A stretch of DNA of 64,000 nucleotides from Clostridia bacterium (lineage in GTDB: Bacteria; Bacillota; Clostridia; Christensenellales; UBA1242), in NCBI GenBank assembly GCA_045534265.1, contig JAZSJH010000005.1, forward strand, positions 22,234-86,233. Direction: 5' to 3'. Both the position numbers and the translations under genes were made by a program. This document shows, piece by piece, positions 1-9,605 of the stretch. The notes under the pieces are model-generated. The model worked only from the letters and a program-made list of their open reading frames with translations. It did no database searches and was not told where the DNA came from. Within the stretch, counting starts at the first letter, position 1, and each line of letters starts with the position of its first letter.

Positions 1-111
1 CAAAATATAAATTATGAAATTTCTGGCGATGGCGGACTTGTTGTGTCGCAGTTTCCCATATCGGGGACAAAGGTAGCCAAAGGCGGATATATAGTTATAA
101 ATACAAATTAA
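1..111 (+). CDS. 3' end of the upstream gene, probably a class B penicillin-binding protein (SpoVD/FtsI type); C-terminal PASTA-like segment, partial
   Basis: Frame 1 is open from base 1 to TAA 109-111 (QNINYEISGDGGLVVSQFPISGTKVAKGGYIVINTN*). The G..V..Q.P..G..V..G pattern resembles a PASTA repeat. It lies directly upstream of murE, as in Firmicutes dcw clusters. Confidence 0.4.
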   Translation, partial: QNINYEISGDGGLVVSQFPISGTKVAKGGYIVINTN

Positions 112-210
112 AAAAAATAAGGCAATAAATATTATTTATTGTCTTTTTTTGCTTTTGACATATATTGCAAAAATTATTTTATACAATATATAAAAAAAGG
201 AGAATATTGT

Positions 211-1656
211 ATGGATATAAATACGCTTTTTTGTGGTATAGAATATGAGCAACAAGGAGAGCCAAAAGAGATATTATCTTTGCAAAAAAAGTCTAGTGAT
301 GTAGTAAACTCTGGCTTATTTTTTTGCTATAAAGGGGTTAATTTTGATGGTAAAGACTGCGTTATGGACGCTATCAAAAATGGTTGTGTGGCGGTTGTTG
401 TAGATGAATTTTTGGATATAGATATATGCCAGATAAAGGTAAAAAACGTACGAAAAAATATAGCCAAAGTATGTAGCAACTTTTATAAAAATCCTGATAA
501 AAATCTAAAAATAATCGGCATATCCGGAACTAACGGCAAGACAACTACAAGTTATATAATTAAAAACATTTTGCAAACTAACGGCTCTCGTGTTGGGGTT
601 ATTGGTACTAATGCTGTGTATATTGGCAACATTTGCAAAAGGGCAACTCTTACCACACCCGATCCGCAAGAGCTTTTTGAAATCTTTGACGAAATGGTAC
701 GGGCATCTGTTGAGTATGTTGTAATGGAAGTTTCAGCTCACGCTTTGGTGCTTTATAAGCTGTGGGGTGTGAGATTTGAGGTAGGGCTTTTTACAAATTT
801 TACAAGAGACCACTTAGACTTTTTTGAGACAATGGAAAATTATAAGATGGCAAAGAAAACATTTTTCTGCAGCGATTATTGTAAAAGGTGTGTGTTTAAT
901 TTTGATGATGCTGTGGGAAGAGAATTTTATGAAAATTGCGATTGCCAAAAATACAGCTATGGCATTATAAACCCAAGCAATCTGTTTGCGATAAATATTG
1001 AAATGGATTTTGACAAAAGCAAATTTGTAGTTAACTTTGAAGACGAAATATTAAATGTCGAAGTTCCGCTTGTTGGGAAATTTAATGTATACAACACTAT
1101 GGGTGCAATTGCCGTATGCAGACTACTTAATGTCCCTTGCGATAGTATTATAGCGGGGCTTTACACAATGTCGGCAGTTGATGGTAGATTTAATCTGTAC
1201 AAGCTTGATGGTAAAAATATAGTGGTTGACTTTGCCCATACTCCAGATGGGGTAGAGAATGTTTTGCGCACAGCAAAAAGTTTGAGCCGTGGCAAAATAA
1301 CAACAGTATTTGGTTGTGGTGGAAATCGTGACAGGGGCAAAAGAGCAGAGATGGGGAAAGTTGCCCAAAAGTATAGCGACAAAGTAATACTTACTAGCGA
1401 TAACCCAAGATTTGAAAATCCATTTGCTATTATCGAAGACATAAGGTTTGGGGCAAAAACTGCCGAAGTTATAGAAAATCGAAAAGAGGCAATAATTTTT
1501 GCAATTGATAATTCATCAAAAGGCGATACTATTTTGGTCCTTGGCAAAGGGGCAGAAGATTATCAAGAGATAAAGGGTGTAAAATACCCATATAGCGACA
1601 AAAGTGTAATAGAAGATTATATAAAATTATCAAAATATAATAAAAACAAGGGGTAG
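211..1656 (+). CDS. murE: UDP-N-acetylmuramoyl-L-alanyl-D-glutamate--2,6-diaminopimelate ligase
   Basis: Mur ligase P-loop GISGTNGKTTT and a DNPR motif (LTSDNPRFENP) typical of meso-DAP-adding MurE. AGGAG RBS lies before ATG 211, so the ORF-track start at 139 is probably too early. dcw context. Confidence 0.9.
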   Translation: MDINTLFCGIEYEQQGEPKEILSLQKKSSDVVNSGLFFCYKGVNFDGKDCVMDAIKNGCVAVVVDEFLDIDICQIKVKNVRKNIAKVCSNFYKNPDKNLKIIGISGTNGKTTTSYIIKNILQTNGSRVGVIGTNAVYIGNICKRATLTTPDPQELFEIFDEMVRASVEYVVMEVSAHALVLYKLWGVRFEVGLFTNFTRDHLDFFETMENYKMAKKTFFCSDYCKRCVFNFDDAVGREFYENCDCQKYSYGIINPSNLFAINIEMDFDKSKFVVNFEDEILNVEVPLVGKFNVYNTMGAIAVCRLLNVPCDSIIAGLYTMSAVDGRFNLYKLDGKNIVVDFAHTPDGVENVLRTAKSLSRGKITTVFGCGGNRDRGKRAEMGKVAQKYSDKVILTSDNPRFENPFAIIEDIRFGAKTAEVIENRKEAIIFAIDNSSKGDTILVLGKGAEDYQEIKGVKYPYSDKSVIEDYIKLSKYNKNKG

Positions 1657-1659
1657 AAA

Positions 1660-2643
1660 GTGAAGTATTTACTAGCGGGTTTATTGTCATTTGTTTTTGC
1701 GGTGATTATTTCGCCGCTAGTAATCAAATGGACAAAAAAAGTAAAGTTTGGTCAAAATATTTTAAGCTATGTAGAGTCGCATAAACAAAAACAAGGCACT
1801 CCTACTATGGGTGGAATTATATTTATATTTTCGGCTATTGCGGCAACTTTTTGCCTTGTAGAAAAAGGCTCTTTTATGACATATGTAGCTATGTCTGTAT
1901 TTTTTGCTTTTGGGGTTTTAGGGTTTTTGGACGACTTTATAAAAATCAAGCTCAAAAGGAATCTAGGACTTAGAGCATATCAAAAGGTTATTGGACAACT
2001 TGCTATTAGCTTGATTATTGGGTTATATGTTTATTTTACGGGCTTTGTTGGAAGCAATATTAATATACCATTTTTTGATAAAACTGTTGATTTGGGTGTG
2101 TTTATTATTCCGTTTATTATTTTTGTTTTTATCGCAACAACAAATAGTGTCAACTTAACAGACGGACTTGATGGACTTGCTGGCGGAACGACCATTGCTT
2201 ATCTTGTAGGAATGGGTATTATTATAGCTCTTAATTTAGACAGCCTTGATACAATTACTGCCTTTCAACAAAACAATATGTTAATATTTGTTTTTGCTGT
2301 CGTTGGCGGGGTTTTGGGATTTTTGATTTTTAACAGCCACCCTGCAAGTATTTTTATGGGAGATACTGGCTCTCTTGCTTTAGGAAGTGTGGTTGCAACG
2401 TCAGCTTGCTTTACAGGCAACTCACTTTATATCCCGATATTAGGACTTATGTTTGTGCTGTCAACGATTTCGGTTATTATTCAGGTTTTGCATTTTAAGC
2501 GCACAAAAAAAAGAGTTTTTCTTATGGCACCCCTTCATCATCATTTTGAGAAAAAAGGTATGTATGAAACAAAAATTGTCACCATATACATTATTATAAC
2601 AGCGCTTTTGTCGATTGTTTGTATAGCGCTAAATTTAATGTAG
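1660..2643 (+). CDS. mraY: phospho-N-acetylmuramoyl-pentapeptide transferase
   Basis: Polytopic membrane protein with MraY motifs GTPTMGG, LDDFIKI, NSVNLTDGLDGLA and FMGDTGSLALG. GTG start is preceded by AAGGGG. Follows murE. Confidence 0.93.
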   Translation: MKYLLAGLLSFVFAVIISPLVIKWTKKVKFGQNILSYVESHKQKQGTPTMGGIIFIFSAIAATFCLVEKGSFMTYVAMSVFFAFGVLGFLDDFIKIKLKRNLGLRAYQKVIGQLAISLIIGLYVYFTGFVGSNINIPFFDKTVDLGVFIIPFIIFVFIATTNSVNLTDGLDGLAGGTTIAYLVGMGIIIALNLDSLDTITAFQQNNMLIFVFAVVGGVLGFLIFNSHPASIFMGDTGSLALGSVVATSACFTGNSLYIPILGLMFVLSTISVIIQVLHFKRTKKRVFLMAPLHHHFEKKGMYETKIVTIYIIITALLSIVCIALNLM

Positions 2644-2651
2644 GTGAGTGT

Positions 2652-3941
2652 ATGAATTATCTTGTTGTGGGATACAACATCAGCGGAAAATCCGCAAGTA
2701 AACTATTAAAACAAAAAGGTCATAATGTCTTTGTTTATGATACCAATGAAAACGCAAAAAAAATAGTCAAAGGTGATGGTTTTAGATTTGTAAGCAGTAT
2801 AAACAAAGCCGTTTTGTCAACTATTGATGAATGCGTTATAAGTCCGTCTGTAAGACCGGATAGCGACCTTGTAAAAGTGTTAAAAAACGCAGGAATAAAA
2901 GTAATTGGAGAGCTAGAGCTTGGCTTTCAAAATTATAGCGGAAAAGTGTATGCAATCACCGGAACTAACGGCAAGACCACCGCTACAGCCCTTTTATCGC
3001 ACGTATTTGGCAAGAAAGTCCCTGCAGTTGGAAATATAGGTCTGCCGATAACAAGCGCTACAGCGGCTAAAAAATTAGTTTGCGAAGTAAGTAGTTTTCA
3101 ACTAACCAGCATAGAAAAGTTCCGCCCCAATATTGCTGGCATTACATATATCGGGTGTGACCATATAGATTATCACGGATCTATTGATGAGTATATAAAT
3201 GCAAAATACAATATAGCTCAAAATATGAAAGGAAGAGATAAACTTGTACTCAATGCAAACGACAAAGAGAGTATGAAACTGTCTCTTCTTGCAAAATGCA
3301 GAGTATGGACATTTTCGTCCAAAGGCAAATGCCGTGGAGCATATGTAGAAAATGGAAAAATATATTTTATAAAAAACAAAAAACCACAATACATAATGGA
3401 AACAAAAGATATAAAACTTATCGGCAAGCACAATCTTGAAAATGTTCTTATGGTTGTCGCTATGGCACGCCTTGCGGGAGTAACTGCAAAAAATATTAGA
3501 AATAGAGTTTCTACTTTTTATGGATTAAATCACAGACTAAAAAAAGTTGCCTGCATAGATGGTGTAACATACATTAACGATAGCAAAGCCACAAACATCT
3601 CTGCTACAAAAGTTGCTGTAGAGAGCGTAGGCGAAAATATAATCTTGCTTGTTGGTGGCAGTGACAAAGGCTATGAGTATGATAAGCTTTTGCATAACTT
3701 GAAAGTAAAGAAAATAATTGCCTTTGGTGGGGTGAAAGAAAAACTTGTAGAAGCTTTTGCAAGATGTAATTTTACTAATTACTTGGTTGCAGACACCCTA
3801 AAAGCCGCCGTAACTCTTGCCAAAACCATAGCCAAAGATGGTGATAATGTTTTGCTCTCACCAGCAAGCGCAAGTCATGATGAGTTTGAAAACTATGAGC
3901 AAAGGGGAGAAGTATTTGAAAAATGCGTTTTTGATAAATAA
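2652..3941 (+). CDS. murD: UDP-N-acetylmuramoylalanine--D-glutamate ligase
   Basis: N-terminal Rossmann segment VVGYNISGKSASKLL and Mur ligase P-loop ITGTNGKTT. Order is mraY-murD. The ATG at 2652 is the likely start. Confidence 0.9.
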   Translation: MNYLVVGYNISGKSASKLLKQKGHNVFVYDTNENAKKIVKGDGFRFVSSINKAVLSTIDECVISPSVRPDSDLVKVLKNAGIKVIGELELGFQNYSGKVYAITGTNGKTTATALLSHVFGKKVPAVGNIGLPITSATAAKKLVCEVSSFQLTSIEKFRPNIAGITYIGCDHIDYHGSIDEYINAKYNIAQNMKGRDKLVLNANDKESMKLSLLAKCRVWTFSSKGKCRGAYVENGKIYFIKNKKPQYIMETKDIKLIGKHNLENVLMVVAMARLAGVTAKNIRNRVSTFYGLNHRLKKVACIDGVTYINDSKATNISATKVAVESVGENIILLVGGSDKGYEYDKLLHNLKVKKIIAFGGVKEKLVEAFARCNFTNYLVADTLKAAVTLAKTIAKDGDNVLLSPASASHDEFENYEQRGEVFEKCVFDK

Positions 3942-5043
3942 AACAAAGCGCAGTAAAACAACTTATCTTTTGCTAGGCGCGGTTTTACTATTGGTTGTTT
4001 TGGGGTGCATTTTTGTATATTCGGCAAGCTATTATTCGGCGCAGATATCACATAACAACAAATATCATTTTTTGACAAAACAGATAATTGGTGTTTGTAT
4101 CGGTGTTGTAGCACTATTTTTTATGTGGAATTTTGATTATCGAAAACTTCAAAAGTTTTCTTACATAATTTTGGCTGTTGGATTTTTGTTTTTGATTCTG
4201 GTTTTGATACCCGGAATTGGCGTTGAAAATTATGGTGCAAGGCGTTGGATATCTTTGCCAGGATTTACTATACAAGCAAGCGAAATTTCAAAATTTTGTT
4301 ACATAATATTTGCCGCAAGCTATCTTGCAAAAAACAGAGACAAAATAAAAACATTTAAGGGGATACTTCCTGTTCTTTTGTCGGGCGGGGGTATGTGTCT
4401 TCTTATACTTTTAGAGCCTAATATGTCAATAACAATTTGTACGGGGCTTGTGATGATCACTATGCTGTTTGTCGGCGGTATATCATGGAAACATTTTTTG
4501 ATGTTGTGTATACCGGCTATTTTACTTGTTCCTATACTTATTATTATAGAGCCATATAGACTAAAAAGACTTCTTGCATTTATTGACCCGTGGGCAAACC
4601 CAAAGGGCGAAGGCTATCAACTTGTTCAGTCTCTTTATAGTTTGGGGGCAGGTGGACTCTTTGGGGTAGGGCTTTTTAATTCTAGACAAAAATACCGCTT
4701 TTTGCCTTTTGCCGAAAGTGACTTTATATTTGCAATCATAGCCGAAGAAATTGGTTTTGTCGGGGTTGTTTGCGTTGTATTATTGTTTGGTGTTATTTTG
4801 TTTTGTGGCATAAAAATTGCCAAAAATGCCACTGATTTGTTTGGTTGTTTTTTGGCTGTTGGTATAACAGCACTTATATCAATCCAAACACTTGTTAACA
4901 TTGCAGTAGTTACGGGTTCAATCCCACCAACAGGACTTCCGCTTCCGTTTATAAGTGCGGGCAGCAGCTCAATAATTGTTCTTATGGCAGGGGTGGGGTT
5001 ACTTCTTAGCGTAAATAAAATATCTAAAAAAACTAATCAATAA
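3895..5043 (+). CDS. ftsW: SEDS-family peptidoglycan polymerase FtsW/SpoVE
   Basis: About 10 hydrophobic helices. SEDS motifs RWISLPGFTIQASEISKF and GLPLPFISAGSSS. Follows murD as spoVE/ftsW does in Firmicutes. Start is uncertain (ATG 3895, or TTG 3916 after AAAGGGGAGA). Confidence 0.85.
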   Translation: MSKGEKYLKNAFLINKTKRSKTTYLLLGAVLLLVVLGCIFVYSASYYSAQISHNNKYHFLTKQIIGVCIGVVALFFMWNFDYRKLQKFSYIILAVGFLFLILVLIPGIGVENYGARRWISLPGFTIQASEISKFCYIIFAASYLAKNRDKIKTFKGILPVLLSGGGMCLLILLEPNMSITICTGLVMITMLFVGGISWKHFLMLCIPAILLVPILIIIEPYRLKRLLAFIDPWANPKGEGYQLVQSLYSLGAGGLFGVGLFNSRQKYRFLPFAESDFIFAIIAEEIGFVGVVCVVLLFGVILFCGIKIAKNATDLFGCFLAVGITALISIQTLVNIAVVTGSIPPTGLPLPFISAGSSSIIVLMAGVGLLLSVNKISKKTNQ

Positions 5044-5090
5044 TGTTGGTTAGTTTTTTTTTGTAATAATAATTTTTTATGTCAATTCAT

Positions 5091-5119
5091 TTGACAAAAA
5101 GTGGGGGGGGGGGTAAACT
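5091..5119 (+). promoter_or_regulatory. sigma-A-like promoter (TTGACA-17-TAAACT) whose spacer contains an 11-G homopolymer
   Basis: TTGACA at 5091-5096. The 17-nt spacer is AAAAGT+G11 (G run 5103-5113). TAAACT at 5114-5119. It lies about 30 nt upstream of the GGGGG RBS and ATG 5148. Confidence 0.4.
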
Positions 5120-5147
5120 AAAAAAAATATTATATTTAGGGGGAAAT

Positions 5148-6941
5148 ATGAAAAAAGATAAACAAAAGAAAATACCATTTGCAACGCTTCGCAAAGGTAT
5201 TATTAGTGGCTTGCTTGGTATAACTATGCTTACAGGAGCAGGTGTGCTAACTGGTTGTGGCAAAGACGGTGCTCCTGGTGCTACAGGACCACAAGGTCCC
5301 GCGGGAGTAGACGGTCCAGCATGGCATTACGGAGTAGATTATTCTACCTACAATGGTACAATAAATACTGGGGACTTCTTTATTGATACAAATGATTATA
5401 TCTTATACCAAAAAACAAGTTCTGGTTGGGCGACTGTAATGGAAAATTATGGTAGACCTGGAGACCCAGGACGACCAGGTGATCCAGGAGAAGACGGAGC
5501 TGATGGAGAAGATGGAGCCGATGGAGAAGATGGAGCTTATATTACAGACCATATGAGTGCTTGGGCTGGGAAAACAGCTGTTTTTGTTGGTGATAGTATC
5601 ACTTATGGCTCAAAATGTGACGGAGACAAGTATTGGGAAGTTCTAGAAGATAAGCTAAATCTTAAAAAAGTAACAGGGATGGGTGTTGGTAAATCTTGTG
5701 TAAGTGCAACAAGCACAAATGGTACAAGTTATGAACCACTAATTTCTAGATATCAAGATATTCCTGAAGCTGATTTGATTCAAATATTTATGGGAACAAA
5801 CGACTATGGATTTAATACGCCACTTGGAACAATTGAAGATACTACAGATATTTCTTTCTATGGTGCATTAAATGTAATAATTCCTGCACTACAAGCGAAA
5901 TATCCATCTTCAAGACTTGTATTCGTTACACCATTGCATCGTTACGGACAACATGGCTTGGAATATGACAATGATGAAAATGAGCAAGGCAATACATTGA
6001 GTGATTATGTTAAAGCAATTAGAGAAGTTTGTGAATTTTATTCAGTTCCTGTAATAGATTTATTTAAGGTAAGTGGTTTGAATCCTTCAATAGAAGCTGT
6101 TAGAAATCTATACATACCAGATGGATTACACCCAAATACTGAAGGTCACGAATATATTGCAAATATTATGGCTAACTATTTAGAGCTATATGCCACAACC
6201 GATCTTAATTATGCAGATGCTAATGAAGTGAAATCTCTAGAAGAAATTTCAGTAGAAAGAACTTCTCCATATTATCCTTCAACAACTCCAAATTGCAGAT
6301 TGTCTTCAACCTATAATGTTTATCTAGAAGAAGGCCAAACATTATCTCTAAAAGATGGAACAAATTACAAATATTTCTTATATGTACAGACTGGAGCAAC
6401 ACCAACTCAAGTAAGTGATGAAGATAGAATGTCACTAATGAATAGCTGGGCTACAGGTGATTTTACTGCTGCTGAAACAGGTTGGTATGGAATAACTATG
6501 GCTAAAGCAGACCAAACACAAGAATTTGATGCTGATATTATTGCAACACAAACTTTAGCTGATTATTTTACTATAAAAGCAACTGGAGTTAAAGCATTGA
6601 ATGAAATTTCAGTAGAAAGAACTTCTCCATATTATCCTTCAACAACTCCAAATTGCAGATTGTCTTCAACTTACAATGTTTATCTAGAAGAAGGTCAAAC
6701 ATTATCTCTAAAAGATGGAACAAATTACAAATATTTCTTATATGTACAGACTGGAGCAACACCAACTCAAGTAAGTGATGAAGATAGAATGTCACTAATG
6801 AATAGCTGGGCTACAGGTGATTTTACTGCCGCTGAAACAGGTTGGTATGGAATAACTATGGCTAAAGCAGACCAAACACAAGAATTTGATGCTGATATTA
6901 TTGCAACACAAACTTTAGCTGATTATTTCATCATAGAATAA
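5148..6941 (+). CDS. surface lipoprotein: collagen-like G-X-Y tracts + SGNH/GDSL hydrolase domain + two tandem 120-aa C-terminal repeats
   Basis: Signal peptide with lipobox (LTMLTGAGVLTGC). G-X-Y runs GAPGATGPQGPAGVDGP and GRPGDPGRPGDPGEDGADGEDGADGEDGA. SGNH block I VFVGDSITYG and block V DGLHPN. C-terminal duplicated module. Confidence 0.75.
   Translation: MKKDKQKKIPFATLRKGIISGLLGITMLTGAGVLTGCGKDGAPGATGPQGPAGVDGPAWHYGVDYSTYNGTINTGDFFIDTNDYILYQKTSSGWATVMENYGRPGDPGRPGDPGEDGADGEDGADGEDGAYITDHMSAWAGKTAVFVGDSITYGSKCDGDKYWEVLEDKLNLKKVTGMGVGKSCVSATSTNGTSYEPLISRYQDIPEADLIQIFMGTNDYGFNTPLGTIEDTTDISFYGALNVIIPALQAKYPSSRLVFVTPLHRYGQHGLEYDNDENEQGNTLSDYVKAIREVCEFYSVPVIDLFKVSGLNPSIEAVRNLYIPDGLHPNTEGHEYIANIMANYLELYATTDLNYADANEVKSLEEISVERTSPYYPSTTPNCRLSSTYNVYLEEGQTLSLKDGTNYKYFLYVQTGATPTQVSDEDRMSLMNSWATGDFTAAETGWYGITMAKADQTQEFDADIIATQTLADYFTIKATGVKALNEISVERTSPYYPSTTPNCRLSSTYNVYLEEGQTLSLKDGTNYKYFLYVQTGATPTQVSDEDRMSLMNSWATGDFTAAETGWYGITMAKADQTQEFDADIIATQTLADYFIIE
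6228..6938 (+). repeat. 360-bp tandem duplication (2 copies) inside the lipoprotein gene
   Basis: 6243-6568 aligns with 6603-6928 at a period of 360 bp with only 4 mismatches (6311, 6314, 6335, 6470). All 4 are at third codon positions. The encoded 109 aa are identical. Confidence 0.95.
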
Positions 6942-6957
6942 ACCATATTCTTAATAT

Positions 6958-6989
6958 AAAAAAGAGTGGAAAAATTCCACTCTTTTTTG
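6958..6989. terminator. bidirectional intrinsic terminator between convergent genes
   Basis: Hairpin AGAGTGGA-aaaat-TCCACTCT, flanked by an A-run and a T-run. Confidence 0.8.
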
Positions 6990-7027
6990 TAAGTAAAATA
7001 ACATATTGTGTAATACTAATTTAATAT

Positions 7028-7516
7028 TTACATTGTTGGGGTAGGTCCATTATCTGTTTGTTTAGGAGTCGTTGTTTCTTCTTCATCTTGTAAAGAGTCG
7101 CAGTAAGCTCTAATATCGGCTACGTAGGTTGGGAATTTTTCTGCCATATAGCCTATGTAAGATGTGCAAAGTTTTTCGCTGTCTTCTTCGTCTTGTTTTG
7201 TTATGCAAAATTTTGACATAAAGTAATCCGAAAAATGTATTAAATCAATATTGCTGCCGTAGCCGCTACGCATAGATGCTATGGCTGATAGCGCTGCAAT
7301 ATGTGGGGCTTTTTGTGCAATGTATGCATTTAGTGCCGCTTCTGTTTCGTCAATTTCCATTTTTTGAGCCCTAACAAAAATATCTTCTTCGCCCCTGTCA
7401 ATGGCGTCAATTGGCTCTCCGTTTGGGTCTGTTAGGTCTTTTACTAGTGTATAGCCATTGTCATTAAAAAATTTTTCTATTTCTGTGTCGGTTAATTGGT
7501 TAATATACTTTGCCAT
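7028..7516 (-). CDS. hypothetical acidic protein (162 aa)
   Basis: Clean ORF with an AGGAG RBS. No motif recognised. Confidence 0.6.
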   Translation of the reverse strand: MAKYINQLTDTEIEKFFNDNGYTLVKDLTDPNGEPIDAIDRGEEDIFVRAQKMEIDETEAALNAYIAQKAPHIAALSAIASMRSGYGSNIDLIHFSDYFMSKFCITKQDEEDSEKLCTSYIGYMAEKFPTYVADIRAYCDSLQDEEETTTPKQTDNGPTPTM

Positions 7517-7643
7517 ATTTTGCTCCTAATAGTATAATAAATATATCATAAAGATAATATTTTTGCAATAGTGATAAATTTATATTGCTTTTTGTGTTGT
7601 TGCAAAAATAAAAAATGATTAACAAATTTTTATGGAGAAGAAT

Positions 7644-8090
7644 ATGGATTTAACTAGAAAAAATATCAAACAATACTTAGATGATGGTTTTGCAGCTACA
7701 GAGTATAGCAAAAAAATAAAAGGTGTAAGCAAATTAATAGCTCTAAAAGACATGGCTATTGATGACTTGGATTTTATCAATATTTTAAGAAATTTATTTG
7801 AAAATATAAAGAATAATTACTCAAGCTTTATGTCAAACGCACAATGGAAGCCAAGCGATAGACAAAATCATTTGTTGGAAGTAATAGGCAATATTTGTGA
7901 TGATATTTTGTATGATGATAAAACAAAGACAAGTAAGCCAAATTTATATTTATCTTTTTTTGAAGATTTGTATTGGCAAGTTTATGATTATTTTGATGAC
8001 TACGGCAACAAAAATGACAGTTTATACAAAGAAGAAGTTGATTTGGTTTTGAAAAAGCTTGAAAAGTTTTTTGAGACATATGCTAGTTAA
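7644..8090 (+). CDS. hypothetical protein (~148 aa)
   Basis: ORF divergent from 7516. GGAG lies before ATG 7644 (alternative ATG at 7632). No motif recognised. Confidence 0.5.
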   Translation: MDLTRKNIKQYLDDGFAATEYSKKIKGVSKLIALKDMAIDDLDFINILRNLFENIKNNYSSFMSNAQWKPSDRQNHLLEVIGNICDDILYDDKTKTSKPNLYLSFFEDLYWQVYDYFDDYGNKNDSLYKEEVDLVLKKLEKFFETYAS

Positions 8091-8279
8091 AAATAGTCTT
8101 TGAAAAAAACAATTATTAAATAAATAAAAAAGATTGAATACGCAATAATATTTTTATAAAAGCAAAGACATATATTATTAGAGATAAATTTAGCCAACAT
8201 ATTAAATATAGGTTCTAATTTGTCAAAATTATTTTGAAAAAACATAAAATTATTATATTATCATATTAAGAGGTGAAAT

Positions 8280-9530
8280 ATGAAATTTGAATTAAATTTA
8301 GAAAACTCTCAAATCAGCGAAAAGGAGTTTTTGAAGAAAAAATATTTAGAAAAATTTGAAAAAATAAATACTGGTCTTCACTCAGGAACAGAAGAGTGGA
8401 CTGCTTGGGTAGATTATCCTAGCAAAAACATTAAAGCCCTTGGCGAAATAAAAGATATCGCTAGCAGAATAAAAAAAGACGGAGATGTTTTGATTGTTCT
8501 TGGCATTGGCGGCTCTTATCTTGGGGCTTATGCGGGGCTTTGCGCTATAAAGAGCAAGTCAAACGTAGATGTTGTTTTTGCGGGCATTAACTTTTCTAAT
8601 GAAGAATTAGTTGAAACTTTTGATAGATATAAAGACAAAAATGTATATGTTAATGTTATTTCAAAATCAGGTACAACAACAGAGACAATGATTGCTTTTG
8701 ATTATGCGGTGGCTTTCCTTAAGTCAAAGTATAAATCAAAATACAAAGACCACTTAGTTATCACAACTGACAAAGTCAAAGGATACCTAAGAGAATATGC
8801 GACAAAAAATAAAATCACAGCCCTAGAAGTTCCGGACAATATGGGTGGCAGATATTCAGTACTATCTGCTGTAGGTACGCTTCCACTTATGTGTGCAGGC
8901 GTTGATATTGACAAACTATTCAAAGGCGCATACAATGCAGAAACTGCCTTGAGAGTTTGTGATGCAAACAACCCAGCTTATAGGTATGCCTTAACAAGAT
9001 ATTTACTTAACAAAAAAGGTAAAAAAGTTGAGCTTTTGTCAACATTCTATCCACGTCTATCTAACATTGGCGCTTGGTGGACACAACTTTTTGCCGAAAG
9101 TGAAGGAAAGAATAAAAAAGGTCTTTTTGTAACAAATCTAAACTTTTCAACAGATTTGCACTCAGTTGGACAATTTATTCAACAAGGAACACCAATTATT
9201 TTTGAAACTTTCTTGAGTGTAGGAAGTGTAAAAGGCGATAGAAAACTAAGCAAAATAGAAGATGGTTGTCCTATAAAATATCTTGAAGGAAAAACTGTAG
9301 AAGATGTAAACTTAGCCGCTCAAAAAGGTACTATAGAAGCTCACGTTTCTGCAAAAGTTCCTGTTGTTCAAATTTCAATAGAAAAAGTAGACGAAGAGCA
9401 CATTGGATATTTGTTCTACTTTTTCGAACTTGCTTGTGCAATAAGTGGAAGATTTTTGGAAGTTAATCCTTTTGACCAACCAGGAGTAGAAGATTACAAG
9501 CGCAATATGAAAAAATATTTATCTTACTAA
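8280..9530 (+). CDS. pgi: glucose-6-phosphate isomerase
   Basis: PGI signatures LGIGGSYLG and ISKSGTTTET, C-terminal FDQPGVE, GAGGTG RBS. Confidence 0.9.
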   Translation: MKFELNLENSQISEKEFLKKKYLEKFEKINTGLHSGTEEWTAWVDYPSKNIKALGEIKDIASRIKKDGDVLIVLGIGGSYLGAYAGLCAIKSKSNVDVVFAGINFSNEELVETFDRYKDKNVYVNVISKSGTTTETMIAFDYAVAFLKSKYKSKYKDHLVITTDKVKGYLREYATKNKITALEVPDNMGGRYSVLSAVGTLPLMCAGVDIDKLFKGAYNAETALRVCDANNPAYRYALTRYLLNKKGKKVELLSTFYPRLSNIGAWWTQLFAESEGKNKKGLFVTNLNFSTDLHSVGQFIQQGTPIIFETFLSVGSVKGDRKLSKIEDGCPIKYLEGKTVEDVNLAAQKGTIEAHVSAKVPVVQISIEKVDEEHIGYLFYFFELACAISGRFLEVNPFDQPGVEDYKRNMKKYLSY

Positions 9531-9605
9531 AATAAAAAATGTATGCCAAAAAGCATACATTTTTTTTGCGGTGTGATATACTCATTTTTGATAAAGGAAT
9601 GTAGT

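Noticed and set aside
6220-6795. Two near-identical minus-strand ORFs (6220-6435 and 6589-6795)
   Set aside because: They are mirror images of the 360-bp tandem duplication inside the lipoprotein gene. Their duplication is explained by the sense-strand repeat, and they have no translation signals.
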